Positions 26,801-44,570 of a stretch of 64,000 nt of DNA are shown piece by piece. Positions within the stretch are counted from its first letter, which is position 1, and each line of letters starts with the position of its first letter. The position numbers were made by a program, and so were the translations under genes. The DNA comes from Eledone cirrhosa. Lineage: Eukaryota. The stretch covers positions 1-64,000 of the forward strand of contig CAXHJY010000031.1 of assembly GCA_964016885.1 (NCBI GenBank), given 5' to 3'. The notes beneath the pieces are model-generated. The model worked only from the letters and a program-made list of their open reading frames with translations. It was not told the DNA's origin and did no database searches.

Positions 26801-29800
26801 TTTAACACATTTATTTAACACATTTATTTAACATTTATTTAGCACATTTATTTAACACATTTATTTAACACATTTATTTAGCACATTTATTTAGCACATT
26901 TATTTAACACATTTATTTAACACATTTATTTAACACATTTATTTAGCACATTTATTTAGCTAATTTATTTAACACATTTATTTAACACATTTATTTAGCA
27001 CATTTATTTAGCACATTTATCTAGCACATTTATTTAACGCATTTATTTAACGCATTTATTTAACGCATTTATTTAACGCTCTTCTTTAACACACTTATTT
27101 AACACATTTATTTAACGCATTTATTTAACACATTTATTTAACACACTTATTTAACGCATTTATTTAACACATTTATTTAACACACTTAATTAACACATTT
27201 ATTTAACACATTTATTTAACACATTTATTTAACACATTTATTTAACATTTATTTAACACATTTATCTAACACATTTATTTAACACATTTATTTAGCACAT
27301 TTATTTAACACATTTATTTAGCACATTTATTTAGCACATTTATTTAACACATTTATTTAACACACTTATTTAACACATTTATTTAACACACTTATTTAAC
27401 ACATTTTTTTAACACATTTATTTAACACATTTATTTAACGCATTTATTTAACGCATTTATTTAACGCATTTATTTAACGCTCTTATTTAACACACTTATT
27501 TAACGCATTTATTTTAAGCATTTATTTAACACACTTATTTAACGCATTTATTTAACACATTTATTTAACACACTTATTTAACGCATTTATTTAACACATT
27601 TATTTAACACACTTATTAAACACATTTATTTAACACATTTATTTAACACATTTATTTAACACATTTATTTAACACATTTATTTAACATTTATTTAACACA
27701 TTTATCTAACACATTTATTTAACATTTATTTAGCACATTTATTTAACACATTTATTTAGCACATTTATTTAGCACATTTATTTAACACATTTATTTAACG
27801 CATTTATTTAACGCATTTATTTAACGCACTTATTTAACTCACTTATTTAACGCATTTATTTAACGCACTTATTTAACGCATTTATTTAACACATTTATTT
27901 AACACACTTATTTAACGCATTTATTTAACACATTTATTTAACACACTTATTTAACACATTTATTTAACACATTTATTTAACACATTTATTTAACATTTAT
28001 TTAGCACATTTATTTAACACATTTATTTAACACATTTATTTAGCACATTTATTTAGCACATTTATTTAACACATTTATTTAACACATTTATTTAACACAT
28101 TTATTTAGCACATTTATTTAGCTAATTTATTTAACACATTTATTTAACACATTTATTTAGCACATTTATTTAGCACATTTATTTAGCACATTTATTTAGC
28201 ACATTTATTTAACGCATTTATTTAGCGCATTTATTTAGCGCATTTATTTAACGCATTTATTTAACGCACTTATTTAACGCACTTATTTAACACACTTATT
28301 TAACACATTTATTTAACACATTTATTTAACACACTTATTTAACGCATTTATTTAACGCACTTATTTAACACACTTATTTAACGCATTTATTTAACGCACT
28401 TATTTAACACACTTATTTAACGCATTTATTTAACGCATCTATTTAACACATTTATTTAACACATTTATTTAACACTTATTTAACACATTTATTTAACACA
28501 CTTATTTAACACATTTATTTAACACTTATTTAACACATTTATTTAACACATTTATTTAACACATTTATTTAGCACATTTATTTAACACATTTATTTAGCA
28601 CATTTATTTAACACATTTATTTAACACACTTATTTAACGCACTTATTTAACACATTTATTTAACACACTTATTTAACACATTTATTTAACACATTTATTT
28701 AACACACTTATTTAACACACTTATTTAACACATTTATTTAACACATTTATTTAACACTTATTTAACACATTTATTTAACACACTTATTTAACACATTTAT
28801 TTAACACATTTATTTAACATTTATTTAACACATTTATTTAACACATTTATTTAACACACTTATTTAACACATTTATTTAAGACATTTATTTAACACATTT
28901 ATTTAACACATTTATTTAACACATTTATTTAACACATTTATTTAACACATTTATTTAACGCATTTATTTAACGCATTTATTTAACGCATTTATTTAACGC
29001 ATTTATTTAACGCACTTATTTAACTCACTTATTTAACGCATTTATTTAACGCATTTATTTAACGCACTTATTTAACGCATTTATTTAACGCATTTATTTA
29101 ACACACTTATTTAACGCATTTATTTAACACATTTATTTAACACACTTATTTAACACATTTATTTAACACATTTATTTAACACACTTATTTAACACATTTA
29201 TTTAACACATTTATTTAACACATTTATTTAACACATTTATTTAACATTTATTTAACACATTTATTTAACACATTTATTTAACACATTTATTTAACACATT
29301 TATTTAACACATTTATTTAACACATATATTTAACACATTTATTTAACACATTTATTTAACACATTTATTTAACACATTTATTTAACACATTTATTTAACA
29401 CATTTATTTAGCACATTTATTTAGCACATTTATTTAACACATTTATTTAACACATTTATTTAGCACATTTATTTAGCACATTTATTTAGCACATTTATTT
29501 AGCACATTTATTTAGCACATTTATTTAGCACATTTATTTAACACATTTATTTAACGCATTTATTTAACGCATTTATTTAACGCATTTATTTAACGCACTT
29601 ATTTAACGCACTTATTTAACACACTTATTTAACACATTTATTTAGCACATTTATTTAACACACTTATTTAACGCACTTATTTAACACATTTATTTAACAC
29701 ACTTATTTAACACACTTATTTAACACATTTATTTAACACACTTATTTAACACACTTATTTAACACATTTATTTAACACATTTTTTAACACATTTATTTAA

Positions 29801-32800
29801 CACATTTATTTAACGCATTTATTTAACACATTTATTTAACATTTATTTAACACATTTATCTAACACATTTATTTAACACATTTATTTAGCACATTTATTT
29901 AACACATTTATTTAGCACATTTATTTAACGCATTTATTTAACGCATTTATTTAACGCACTTATTTAACACACTTATTTAACGCATTTATTTAACGCATTT
30001 ATTTAACACACTTATTTAACGCATTTATTTAACACATTTATTTAACACACTTATTTAACGCATTTATTTAACACATTTATTTAACACACTTATTTAACAC
30101 ATTTATTTAACACATTTATTTAACACATTTATTTAACACATTTATTTAACACATTTATTTAACATTTATTTAACACATTTATCTAACACATTTATTTAAC
30201 ACATTTATTTAACGCACTTATTTAACGCATTTATTTAACACACTTATTTAACACACTTATTTAACACACTTATTTAACACACTTATTTAACACACCTATT
30301 TAACACACTTATTTAACACACTTATTTAACACACTTATTTAACACATTTATTTAACACATTTATTTAGCGCATTTATTTAGCGCATTTATTTAGCGCATT
30401 TATTTAACGCATTTATTTAACGCATTTATTTAACGCATTTATTTAACGCACTTATTTAACACACTTATTTAACACATTTATTTAACACATTTATTTAACG
30501 CACTTATTTAACTTATTTAACGCATTTATTTAACACATTTATTTAACACACTTATTAAACACACTTATTTAACACACTTATTTAACACACTTATTTAACA
30601 CACTTATTTAACACACTTATTTAACACACTTATTTAACACATTTATTTAACACATTTATTTAACACATTTATTTAACACATTTATTTAACACATTTATTT
30701 AACGCATTTATTTAACGCATTTATTTAACGCATTTATTTAACGCATTTATTTAACGCATTTATTTAACGCACTTATTTAACTCACTTATTTAACGCATTT
30801 ATTTAACGCATTTATTTAACGCACTTATTTAACGCATTTATTTAACGCATTTATTTAACACACTTATTTAACGCATTTATTTAACACATTTATTTAACAC
30901 ACTTATTTAACACATTTATTTAACACATTTATTTAACACACTTATTTAACACATTTATTTAACACATTTATTTAACACATTTATTTAACACATTTATTTA
31001 ACACATTTATTTAACATTTATTTAACACATTTATTTAACACATTTATTTAACACATTTATTTAACACATTTATTTAACACATTTATTTAACACATATATT
31101 TAACACATTTATTTAACACATTTATTTAACACATTTATTTAACACATTTATTTAACACATTTATTTAACACATTTATTTGGCACATTTATTTGGCACATT
31201 TATTTGGCACATTTATTTGGCACATGTATTTGGCACATGTATTTGGCACATTTATTTGGCACATTTATTTGGCCCATTTATTTGGCCCATTTATTTGGCC
31301 CATTTATTTGGCCCATTTATTTGGCCCATTTATTTGGCCCATTTATTTGGCCCATTTATTTGGCCCATTTATTTGGCCCATTTATTTGGCCCATTTATTT
31401 GGCCCATTTATTTGGCCCATTTATTTGGCCCATTTATTTGGCCCATTTATTTGGCCCATTTATTTGGCCCATTTATTTGGCCCATTTATTTGGCCCATTT
31501 ATTTAGCCCATTTATTTAGCCCATTTATTTAGCCCATTTATTTAGCACATTTATTTAGCACATTTATTTAGCACATTTATTTAGCACATTTATTTAGCAC
31601 ATTTATTTAGCACATTTATTTAGCGCTTTTATTTAACGCATTTATTTAACGCATTTATTTAGCGCACTTATTTAGCGCATTTATTTAGCGCATTTATTTA
31701 GCGCATTTATTTAACGCATTTATTTAGCGCATTTATTTAGCGCATTTATTTAACGCATTTATTTAACGCATTTATTTAACGCATTTATTTAACGCACTTA
31801 TTCAACACACTTATTTAACATATTTATTTAACACATTTATTTAACGCACTTATTTAACGCATTTATTTAACACACTTATTTAACACACTTATTTAACACA
31901 CTTATTTAACACACTTATTTAACACACCTATTTAACACACTTATTTAACACACTTATTTAACACATTTATTTAACACATTTATTTAGCGCATTTATTTAG
32001 CGCATTTATTTAGCGCATTTATTTAACGCATTTATTTAACGCATTTATTTAACGCATTTATTTAACGCACTTATTTAACACACTTATTTAACACATTTAT
32101 TTAACACATTTATTTAACGCACTTATTTAACTTATTTAACGCATTTATTTAACACATTTATTTAACACACTTATTTAACACACTTATTTAACACACTTAT
32201 TTAACACACTTATTTAACACACTTATTTAACACACTTATTTAACACACTTATTTAACACATTTATTTAACACATTTATTTAACACATTTATTTAACACAT
32301 TTATTTAACACATTTATTTAACGCATTTATTTAACGCATTTATTTAACGCATTTATTTAACGCATTTATTTAACGCATTTATTTAACGCACTTATTTAAC
32401 TCACTTATTTAACGCATTTATTTAACGCATTTATTTAACGCACTTATTTAACGCATTTATTTAACGCATTTATTTAACACACTTATTTAACGCATTTATT
32501 TAACACATTTATTTAACACACTTATTTAACACATTTATTTAACACATTTATTTAACACACTTATTTAACACATTTATTTAACACATTTATTTAACACATT
32601 TATTTAACACATTTATTTAACATTTATTTAACACATTTATTTAACACATTTATTTAACACATTTATTTAACACATTTATTTAACACATTTATTTAACACA
32701 TATATTTAACACATTTATTTAACACATTTATTTAACACATTTATTTAACACATTTATTTAACACATTTATTTAACACATTTATTTAGCACATTTATTTAG

Positions 32801-35800
32801 CACATTTATTTAACACATTTATTTAACACATTTATTTAGCACATTTATTTAGCACATTTATTTAGCACATTTATTTAGCACATTTATTTAGCACATTTAT
32901 TTAGCACATTTATTTAACACATTTATTTAACGCATTTATTTAACGCATTTATTTAACGCATTTATTTAACGCACTTATTTAACGCACTTATTTAACACAC
33001 TTATTTAACACATTTATTTAACACATTTATTTAACACACTTATTTAACGCACTTATTTAACACATTTATTTAACACACTTATTTAACACACTTATTTAAC
33101 ACATTTATTTAACACACTTATTTAACACACTTATTTAACACATTTATTTAACACATTTTTTAACACATTTATTTAACACATTTATTTAACGCATTTATTT
33201 AACACATTTATTTAACATTTATTTAACACATTTATCTAACACATTTATTTAACACATTTATTTAGCACATTTATTTAACACATTTATTTAGCACATTTAT
33301 TTAACGCATTTATTTAACGCATTTATTTAACGCACTTATTTAACACACTTATTTAACGCATTTATTTAACGCATTTATTTAACACACTTATTTAACGCAT
33401 TTATTTAACACATTTATTTAACACACTTATTTAACGCATTTATTTAACACATTTATTTAACACACTTATTTAACACATTTATTTAACACATTTATTTAAC
33501 ACATTTATTTAACACATTTATTTAACACATTTATTTAACATTTATTTAACACATTTATCTAACACATTTATTTAACACATTTATTTAGCACATTTATTTA
33601 ACACATTTATTTAGCACATTTATTTAGCACATTTATTTAACACATTTATTTAACACACTTATTTAACGCACTTATTTAACGCACTTATTTAACACATTTA
33701 TTTAACACTTATTTAACACACTTATTTAACACATTTATTTAACACATTTATTTAACACTTATTTAACACACTTATTTAACACATTTATTTAACACATTTA
33801 TTTAACACACTTATTTAAAACACTTATTTAACACATTTATTTAACACATTTATTTAACACATTTATTTAACACATTTATTTAACACATTTATTTAACACA
33901 CTTATTTAACACATTTATTTAACACATTTATTTAACACACTTATTTAAAACACTTATTTAACACATTTATTTAACACATTTATTTAACACATTTATTTAA
34001 CACATTTATTTAACACATTTATTTAACGCATTTATTTAACGCATTTATTTAACGCATTTATTTAACGCACTTATTTAACTCACTTATTTAACGCATTTAT
34101 TTAACGCATTTATTTAACACACTTATTTAACGCATTTATTTAACACATTTATTTAACACACTTATTTAACGCATTTATTTAACACATTTATTTAACAAAC
34201 TTATTTAACACATTTATTTAACACACTTATTTAACACATTTATTTAACACATTTATTTAACACATTTATTTAACATTTATTTAACACATTTATTTAACAC
34301 ATTTATTTAGCACATTTATTTAACACATTTATTTAACACATTTATTTAGCACATTTATTTAGCACATTTATTTAACACATTTATTTAACACATTTATTTA
34401 ACACATTTATTTAACACATTTATTTAACACATTTATTTAACACATTTATTTAGCACATTTATTTAGCACATTTATTTAACACATTTATTTAACACATTTA
34501 TTTAGCACATTTATTTAACACATTTATTTAGCACATTTATTTAGCACATTTATTTAACGCATTTATTTAGCGCATTTATTTAACGCATTTATTTAACGCA
34601 TTTATTTAACGCATTTATTTAACGCACTTATTTAACGCACTTATTTAACGCACTTATTTAACACATTTATTTAACACATTTATTTAACACACTTATTTAA
34701 CGCACTTATTTAACACACTTATTTAACACACTTATTTAACACACTTATTTAACACATTTATTTAACACACTTATTTAAAACACTTATTTAACACATTTAT
34801 TTAACACATTTATTTAACACATTTATTTAACACATTTATTTAACGCATTTATTTAACGCATTTATTTAACGCACTTATTTAACACACTTATTTAACGCAT
34901 TTATTTAACGCATTTATTTAACACACTTATTTAACGCATTTATTTAACACATTTATTTAACACACTTATTTAACACATTTATTTAACACATTTATTTAAC
35001 ATTTATTTAACACATTTATTTAACACATTTATTTAACACATTTATTTAGCACATTTATTTAACGCATTTATTTAGCACATTTATTTAACACATTTATTTA
35101 ACACACTTATTTAACGCACTTATTTAACACATTTATTTAACACACTTATTTAGCACATTTATTTAGTACATTTATTTAGCACATTTATTTAGCACATTTA
35201 TTTAACACTTTTATTTAACACACTTATTTAACGCATTTATTTAACACATTTATTTAACACACTTATTTAACACATTTATTTAACACATTTATTTAACATA
35301 TTTATTTAACATTTATTTAACACATTTATTTAACACATTTATTTAACACATTTATTTAACACATTTATTTAACACATTTATTTAACACATTTATTTAACA
35401 CATTTATTTAACACATTTATTTAGCACATTTATTTAGCACATTTATTTAGCACATTTATTTAGCACATTTATTTAGCACATTTATTTAACGCATTTATTT
35501 AACGCATTTATTTAACGCATTTATTTAACGCACTTATTTAACGCACTTATTTAACACACTTATTTAACACATTTATTTAACACATTTATTTAACACACTT
35601 ATTTAACGCACTTATTTAACACATTTATTTAACACACTTATTTAACACACTTATTTAACACATTTATTTAACACACTTATTTAACACACTTATTTAACAC
35701 ATTTATTTAACACATTTTTTTAACACATTTATTTAACACATTTATTTAACGCATTTATTTAACGCATTTATTTTAAGCATTTATTTAACACACTTATTTA

Positions 35801-38800
35801 ACGCATTTATTTAACACATTTATTTAACACACTTATTTAACGCATTTATTTAACACATTTATTTAACACACTTATTTAACACATTTATTTAACACATTTA
35901 TTTAACACATTTATTTAACACATTTATTTAACACATTTATTTAACTCATTTATCTAACACATTTATTTAACACATTTATTTAGCACATTTATTTAACACA
36001 TTTATTTAGCACATTTATTTAGCACATTTATTTAACACATTTATTTAACACACTTATTTAACGCACTTATTTAACACATTTATTTAACACACTTATTTAA
36101 CACACTTATTTAACACATTTATTTAACACACTTATTTAACACACTTATTTAACACATTTATTTAACACATTTTTTTAACACATTTATTTAACACATTTAT
36201 TTAACGCATTTATTTAACGCATTTATTTAACGCATTTATTTAACGCTCTTATTTAACACACTTATTTAACGCATTTATTTTAAGCATTTATTTAACACAC
36301 TTATTTAACGCATTTATTTAACACATTTATTTAACACACTTATTTAACGCATTTATTTAACACATTTATTTAACACACTTATTTAACACATTTATTTAAC
36401 ACATTTATTTAACACATTTATTTAACACATTTATTTAACACATTTATTTAACATTTATTTAACACATTTATCTAACACATTTATTTAACACATTTATTTA
36501 GCACATTTATTTAACACATTTATTTAGCACATTTATTTAGCACATTTATTTAACACATTTATTTAACACACTTATTTAACGCACTTATTTAACACATTTA
36601 TTTAACACTTATTTAACACTTATTTAACACATTTATTTAACACATTTATTTAACACACTTATTTAAAACTTATTTAACACATTTATTTAACACATTTATA
36701 TAACACATTTATTTAACACATTTATTTAGCACATTTATTTAGCACATTTATTTAGCACATTTATTTAGCACATTTATTTAGCACATTTATTTAGTACATT
36801 TATTTAGCACATTTATTTAGCACATTTATTTAACACTTTTATTTAGCGCATTTATTTAACGCATTTATTTAGCGCATTTATTTAGCGCATTTATTTAGCG
36901 CATTTATTTAACGCATTTATTTAACGCATTTATTTAACGCACTTATTTAACACACTTATTTAACACATTTATTTAACACATTTATTTAACGCATTTATTT
37001 AGCGCATTTATTTAACGCATTTATTTAACGCATTTATTTAACGCACTTATTTAACACACTTATTTAACACATTTATTTAACACATTTATTTAACGCACTT
37101 ATTTAACGCACTTATTTAACGCATTTATTTAACACACTTATTTAACACACTTATTTAACACACTTATTTAACACACTTATTTAACACACTTATTTAACGC
37201 ATTTATTTAACGCATTTATTTAACGCCTTTATTTAACGCATTTATTTAACGCATTTATTTAACACACTTATTTAACGCATTTATTTAACACATTTATTTA
37301 ACACACTTATTTAACACATTTATTTAACACATTTATTTAACACATTTATTTAACATTTATTTAACACATTTATTTAACACATTTATTTAACACATTTATT
37401 TAACACATTTATTTAACACATTTATTTAACACATTTATTTAGCACATTTATTTAGCACATTTATTTAACACATTTATTTAACACATTTATTTAGCACATT
37501 TATTTAGCACATTTATTTAGCACATTTATTTAGCACATTTATTTAGCACATTTATTTAACGCATTTATTTAACGCATTTATTTAACGCATTTATTTAACG
37601 CATTTATTTAACGCACTTATTTAACACACTTATTTAACACATTTATTTAACACATTTATTTAACACACTTATTTAACGCACTTATTTAACACATTTATTT
37701 AACACACTTATTTAACGCATTTATTTAACACATTTATTTAACACACTTATTTAACACATTTATTTAACACATTTATTTAACATTTTTTTAACACATTTAT
37801 CTAACACATTTATTTAACACATTTATTTAGCACATTTATTTAACACATTTATTTAGCACATTTATTTAACACACTTATTTAACACACTTATTTAACACAT
37901 TTATTTAACACACTTATTTAACACACTTATTTAACACATTTATTTAACACATTTTTTTAACACATTTATTTAACACATTTATTTAACGCATTTATTTAAC
38001 GCATTTATTTAACGCATTTATTTAACGCTCTTATTTAACACACTTATTTAACGCATTTATTTTAAGCATTTATTTAACACACTTATTTAACGCATTTATT
38101 TAACACATTTATTTAACACACTTATTTAACGCATTTATTTAACACATTTATTTAACGCATTTATTTAACGCATTTATTTAACGCATTTATTTAACGCACT
38201 TATTTAACTCACTTATTTAACGCATTTATTTAACGCACTTATTTAACGCATTTATTTAACACATTTATTTAACACACTTATTTAACGCATTTATTTAACA
38301 CATTTATTTAACAAACTTATTTAACACACTTATTTAACGCACTTATTTAACGCATTTATTTAACACATTTATTTAACAAACTTATTTAACACATTTATTT
38401 AACACACTTATTTAACACATTTATTTAACACATTTATTTAACACATTTATTTAACATTTATTTAACACATTTATTTAACACATTTATTTAGCACATTTAT
38501 TTAACACATTTATTTAACACATTTATTTAGCACATTTATTTAGCACATTTATTTAACACATTTATTTAACACATTTATTTAACACATTTATTTAACACAT
38601 TTATTTAACACATTTATTTAACACATTTATTTAGCACATTTATTTAGCACATTTATTTAACACATTTATTTAACACATTTATTTAGCACATTTATTTAAC
38701 ACATTTATTTAGCACATTTATTTAGCACATTTATTTAACGCATTTATTTAGCGCATTTATTTAGCGCATTTATTTAACGCATTTATTTAACGCATTTATT

Positions 38801-41800
38801 TAACGCATTTATTTAACGCACTTATTTAACGCACTTATTTAACGCACTTATTTAACACATTTATTTAACACATTTATTTAACACACTTATTTAACGCACT
38901 TATTTAACACACTTATTTAACACACTTATTTAACACACTTATTTAACACATTTATTTAACACACTTATTTAAAACACTTATTTAACACATTTATTTAACA
39001 CATTTATTTAACACATTTATTTAACACATTTATTTAACGCATTTATTTAACGCATTTATTTAACGCACTTATTTAACACACTTATTTAACGCATTTATTT
39101 AACGCATTTATTTAACACACTTATTTAACGCATTTATTTAACACATTTATTTAACACACTTATTTAACACATTTATTTAACACATTTATTTAACATTTAT
39201 TTAACACATTTATTTAACACATTTATTTAACACATTTATTTAGCACATTTATTTAACGCATTTATTTAGCACATTTATTTAACACATTTATTTAACACAC
39301 TTATTTAACGCACTTATTTAATACATTTATTTAACACACTTATTTAGCACATTTATTTAGTACATTTATTTAGCACATTTATTTAGCACATTTATTTAAC
39401 ACTTTTATTTAACACATTTATTTAACGCATTTATTTAGCGCATTTATTTAGCGCATTTATTTAGCGCATTTATTTAGCGCATTTATTTAACGCATTTATT
39501 TAGCGCATTTATTTAGCGCATTTATTTAGCGCATTTATTTAACGCATTTATTTAACGCATTTATTTAACGCACTTATTTAACACACTTATTTAACACATT
39601 TATTTAACACATTTATTTAACGCACTTATTTAACGCACTTATTTAACGCACTTATTTAACGCATTTATTTAACACACTTATTTAACACACTTATTTAACA
39701 CACTTATTTAACACACTTATTTAACACACTTATTTAACACACTTATTTAACACACTTATTTAACACACTTATTTAACGCATTTATTTGACACATTTATTT
39801 AACACACTTATTTAACACATTTATTTAACACATTTATTTAACACATTTATTTAACATTTATTTAACACATTTATTTAACACATTTATTTAACACATTTAT
39901 TTAACACATTTATTTAACACATTTATTTAACACATTTATTTAACACATTTATTTAACACATTTATTTAGCACATTTATTTAGCACATTTATTTAGCACAT
40001 TTATTTAGCACATTTATTTAGCACATTTATTTAACGCATTTATTTAACGCATTTATTTAACGCATTTATTTAACGCATTTATTTAACGCATTTATTTAAC
40101 GCACTTATTTAACACACTTATTTAACACATTTATTTAACACATTTATTTAACACACTTATTTAACGCACTTATTTAACACATTTATTTAACACACTTATT
40201 TAACACACTTATTTAACACATTTATTTAACACACTTATTTAACACACTTATTTAACACATTTATTTAACACATTTTTTTAACACATTTATTTAACACATT
40301 TATTTAACGCATTTATTTAACGCATTTATTTTAAGCATTTATTTAACACACTTATTTAACGCATTTATTTAACACATTTATTTAACACACTTATTTAACG
40401 CATTTATTTAACACATTTATTTAACACACTTATTTAACACATTTATTTAACACATTTATTTAACACATTTATTTAACACATTTATTTAACACATTTATTT
40501 AACACATTTATCTAACACATTTATTTAACACATTTATTTAGCACATTTATTTAACACATTTATTTAGCACATTTATTTAGCACATTTATTTAACACATTT
40601 ATTTAACACACTTATTTAACGCACTTATTTAACACATTTATTTAACACACTTATTTAACACACTTATTTAACACATTTATTTAACACACTTATTTAACAC
40701 ACTTATTTAACACATTTATTTAACACATTTTTTAACACATTTATTTAACACATTTATTTAACGCATTTATTTAACGCATTTATTTAACGCATTTATTTAA
40801 CGCTCTTATTTAACACACTTATTTAACGCATTTATTTTAAGCATTTATTTAACACACTTATTTAACGCATTTATTTAACACATTTATTTAACACACTTAT
40901 TTAACGCATTTATTTAACACATTTATTTAACACACTTATTTAACACATTTATTTAACACATTTATTTAACACATTTATTTAACACATTTATTTAACACAT
41001 TTATTTAACATTTATTTAACACATTTATCTAACATATTCATTTAACACATTTATTTAGCACATTTATTTAACACATTTATTTAGCACATTTATTTAGCAC
41101 ATTTATTTAACACATTTATTTAACACACTTATTTAACGCACTTATTTAACACATTTATTTAACACTTATTTAACACTTATTTAACACATTTATTTAACAC
41201 ATTTATTTAACACACTTATTTAAAACTTATTTAACACATTTATTTAACACATTTATATAACACATTTATTTAACACATTTATTTAGCACATTTATTTAGC
41301 ACATTTATTTAGCACATTTATTTAGTACATTTATTTAGCACATTTATTTAGCACATTTATTTAACACTTTTATTTAGCGCATTTATTTAACGCATTTATT
41401 TAGCGCATTTATTTAGCGCATTTATTTAGCGCATTTATTTAACGCATTTATTTAACGCATTTATTTAACGCACTTATTTAACACACTTATTTAACACATT
41501 TATTTAACACATTTATTTAACGCACTTATTTAACGCACTTATTTAACGCATTTATTTAACACACTTATTTAACACACTTATTTAACACACTTATTTAACA
41601 CACTTATTTAACACACTTATTTAACACATTTATTTAACACATTTATTTAACACATTTATTTAACGCATTTATTTAACGCATTTATTTAACGCATTTATTT
41701 AACGCACTTATTTAACTCACTTATTTAACGCATTTATTTAACGCATTTATTTAACGCCTTTATTTAACGCATTTATTTAACGCATTTATTTAACACACTT

Positions 41801-44570
41801 ATTTAACGCATTTATTTAACACACTTATTTAACACATTTATTTAACACATTTATTTAACATTTATTTAACACATTTATTTAACACATTTATTTAACACAT
41901 TTATTTAACACATTTATTTAGCACATTTATTTAGCACATTTATTTAACACATTTATTTAGCACATTTATTTAGCACATTTATTTAGCACATTTATTTAGC
42001 ACATTTATTTAACGCATTTATTTAACGCATTTATTTAACGCATTTATTTAACGCATTTATTTAACGCATTTATTTAACGCACTTATTTAACACTTATTTA
42101 ACACATTTATTTAACACATTTATTTAACACACTTATTTAACGCACTTATTTAACACATTTATTTAACACACTTATTTAACACATTTATTTAACACATTTA
42201 TTTAGCACATTTATTTAACACATTTATTTAGCACATTTATTTAGCACATTTATTTAACACATTTATTTAACGCATTTATTTAACGCATTTATTTAACGCA
42301 CTTATTTAACTCACTTATTTAACGCATTTATTTAACGCACTTATTTAACGCATTTATTTAACACATTTATTTAACACACTTATTTAACGCATTTATTTAA
42401 CACATTTATTTAACACACTTATTTAACACATTTATTTAACACATTTATTTAACACATTTATTTAACATTTATTTAGCACATTTATTTAACACATTTATTT
42501 AACACATTTATTTAGCACATTTATTTAGCACATTTATTTAACACATTTATTTAACACATTTATTTAACACATTTATTTAGCACATTTATTTAGCTAATTT
42601 ATTTAACACATTTATTTAACACATTTATTTAGCACATTTATTTAGCACATTTATCTAGCACATTTATTTAACGCATTTATTTAACGCATTTATTTAACGC
42701 ATTTATTTAACGCTCTTCTTTAACACACTTATTTAACACATTTATTTAACGCATTTATTTAACACATTTATTTAACACACTTATTTAACGCATTTATTTA
42801 ACACATTTATTTAACACACTTAATTAACACATTTATTTAACACATTTATTTAACACATTTATTTAACACATTTATTTAACATTTATTTAACACATTTATC
42901 TAACACATTTATTTAACACATTTATTTAGCACATTTATTTAACACATTTATTTAGCACATTTATTTAGCACATTTATTTAACACATTTATTTAACACACT
43001 TATTTAACACATTTATTTAACACACTTATTTAACACATTTTTTTAACACATTTATTTAACACATTTATTTAACGCATTTATTTAACGCATTTATTTAACG
43101 CATTTATTTAACGCTCTTATTTAACACACTTATTTAACGCATTTATTTTAAGCATTTATTTAACACACTTATTTAACGCATTTATTTAACACATTTATTT
43201 AACACACTTATTTAACGCATTTATTTAACACATTTATTTAACACACTTATTAAACACATTTATTTAACACATTTATTTAACACATTTATTTAACACATTT
43301 ATTTAACACATTTATTTAACATTTATTTAACACATTTATCTAACACATTTATTTAACATTTATTTAGCACATTTATTTAACACATTTATTTAGCACATTT
43401 ATTTAGCACATTTATTTAACACATTTATTTAACGCATTTATTTAACGCATTTATTTAACGCACTTATTTAACTCACTTATTTAACGCATTTATTTAACGC
43501 ACTTATTTAACGCATTTATTTAACACATTTATTTAACACACTTATTTAACGCATTTATTTAACACATTTATTTAACACACTTATTTAACACATTTATTTA
43601 ACACATTTATTTAACACATTTATTTAACATTTATTTAGCACATTTATTTAACACATTTATTTAACACATTTATTTAGCACATTTATTTAGCACATTTATT
43701 TAACACATTTATTTAACACATTTATTTAACACATTTATTTAGCACATTTATTTAGCTAATTTATTTAACACATTTATTTAACACATTTATTTAGCACATT
43801 TATTTAGCACATTTATTTAGCACATTTATTTAGCACATTTATTTAACGCATTTATTTAGCGCATTTATTTAGCGCATTTATTTAACGCATTTATTTAACG
43901 CACTTATTTAACGCACTTATTTAACACACTTATTTAACACATTTATTTAACACATTTATTTAACACACTTATTTAACGCATTTATTTAACGCACTTATTT
44001 AACACACTTATTTAACGCATTTATTTAACGCACTTATTTAACACACTTATTTAACGCATTTATTTAACGCATCTATTTAACACATTTATTTAACACATTT
44101 ATTTAACACTTATTTAACACATTTATTTAACACACTTATTTAACACATTTATTTAACACTTATTTAACACATTTATTTAACACATTTATTTAACACATTT
44201 ATTTAGCACATTTATTTAACACATTTATTTAGCACATTTATTTAACACATTTATTTAACACACTTATTTAACGCACTTATTTAACACATTTATTTAACAC
44301 ACTTATTTAACACATTTATTTAACACATTTATTTAACACACTTATTTAACACACTTATTTAACACATTTATTTAACACATTTATTTAACACTTATTTAAC
44401 ACATTTATTTAACACACTTATTTAACACATTTATTTAACACATTTATTTAACATTTATTTAACACATTTATTTAACACATTTATTTAACACACTTATTTA
44501 ACACATTTATTTAAGACATTTATTTAACACATTTATTTAACACATTTATTTAACACATTTATTTAACTTA
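5843..44570 (+). repeat. 13-bp satellite array, left arm (consensus ACACATTTATTTA), roughly 3000 monomers
   Basis: Continuous 13-bp periodicity. Variants AACGC, AGCAC, AGCGC, GGCAC, GGCCC, AGCCC and CACTTA, plus 11- and 9-bp deletion monomers. Confidence 0.98.
13260..44527 (+). repeat. 15,634-bp tandem duplication within the satellite (about 13260-28893 and 28894-44527)
   Basis: Rare marker variants recur at a constant offset of 15634: ACTC 13389/29023, GG block 15544/31178, TGACAC 24154/39788, TATTCA 25401/41035, GCTAAT 26959/42593, AAGACA 28881/44515. Confidence 0.92.

Noticed and set aside
6224-31532. ORFs reading MAHLFGTFIWHIY.../HLFGPFIWPIYLA repeats (6224-6890, 8142-8665, 12155-12509, 15544-15898, 31178-31532)
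   Set aside because: They appear in all three frames only because the TTGG satellite variant removes TAA/TAG stops; the 13-aa period is a by-product of a 13-bp repeat, and most starts are TTG.
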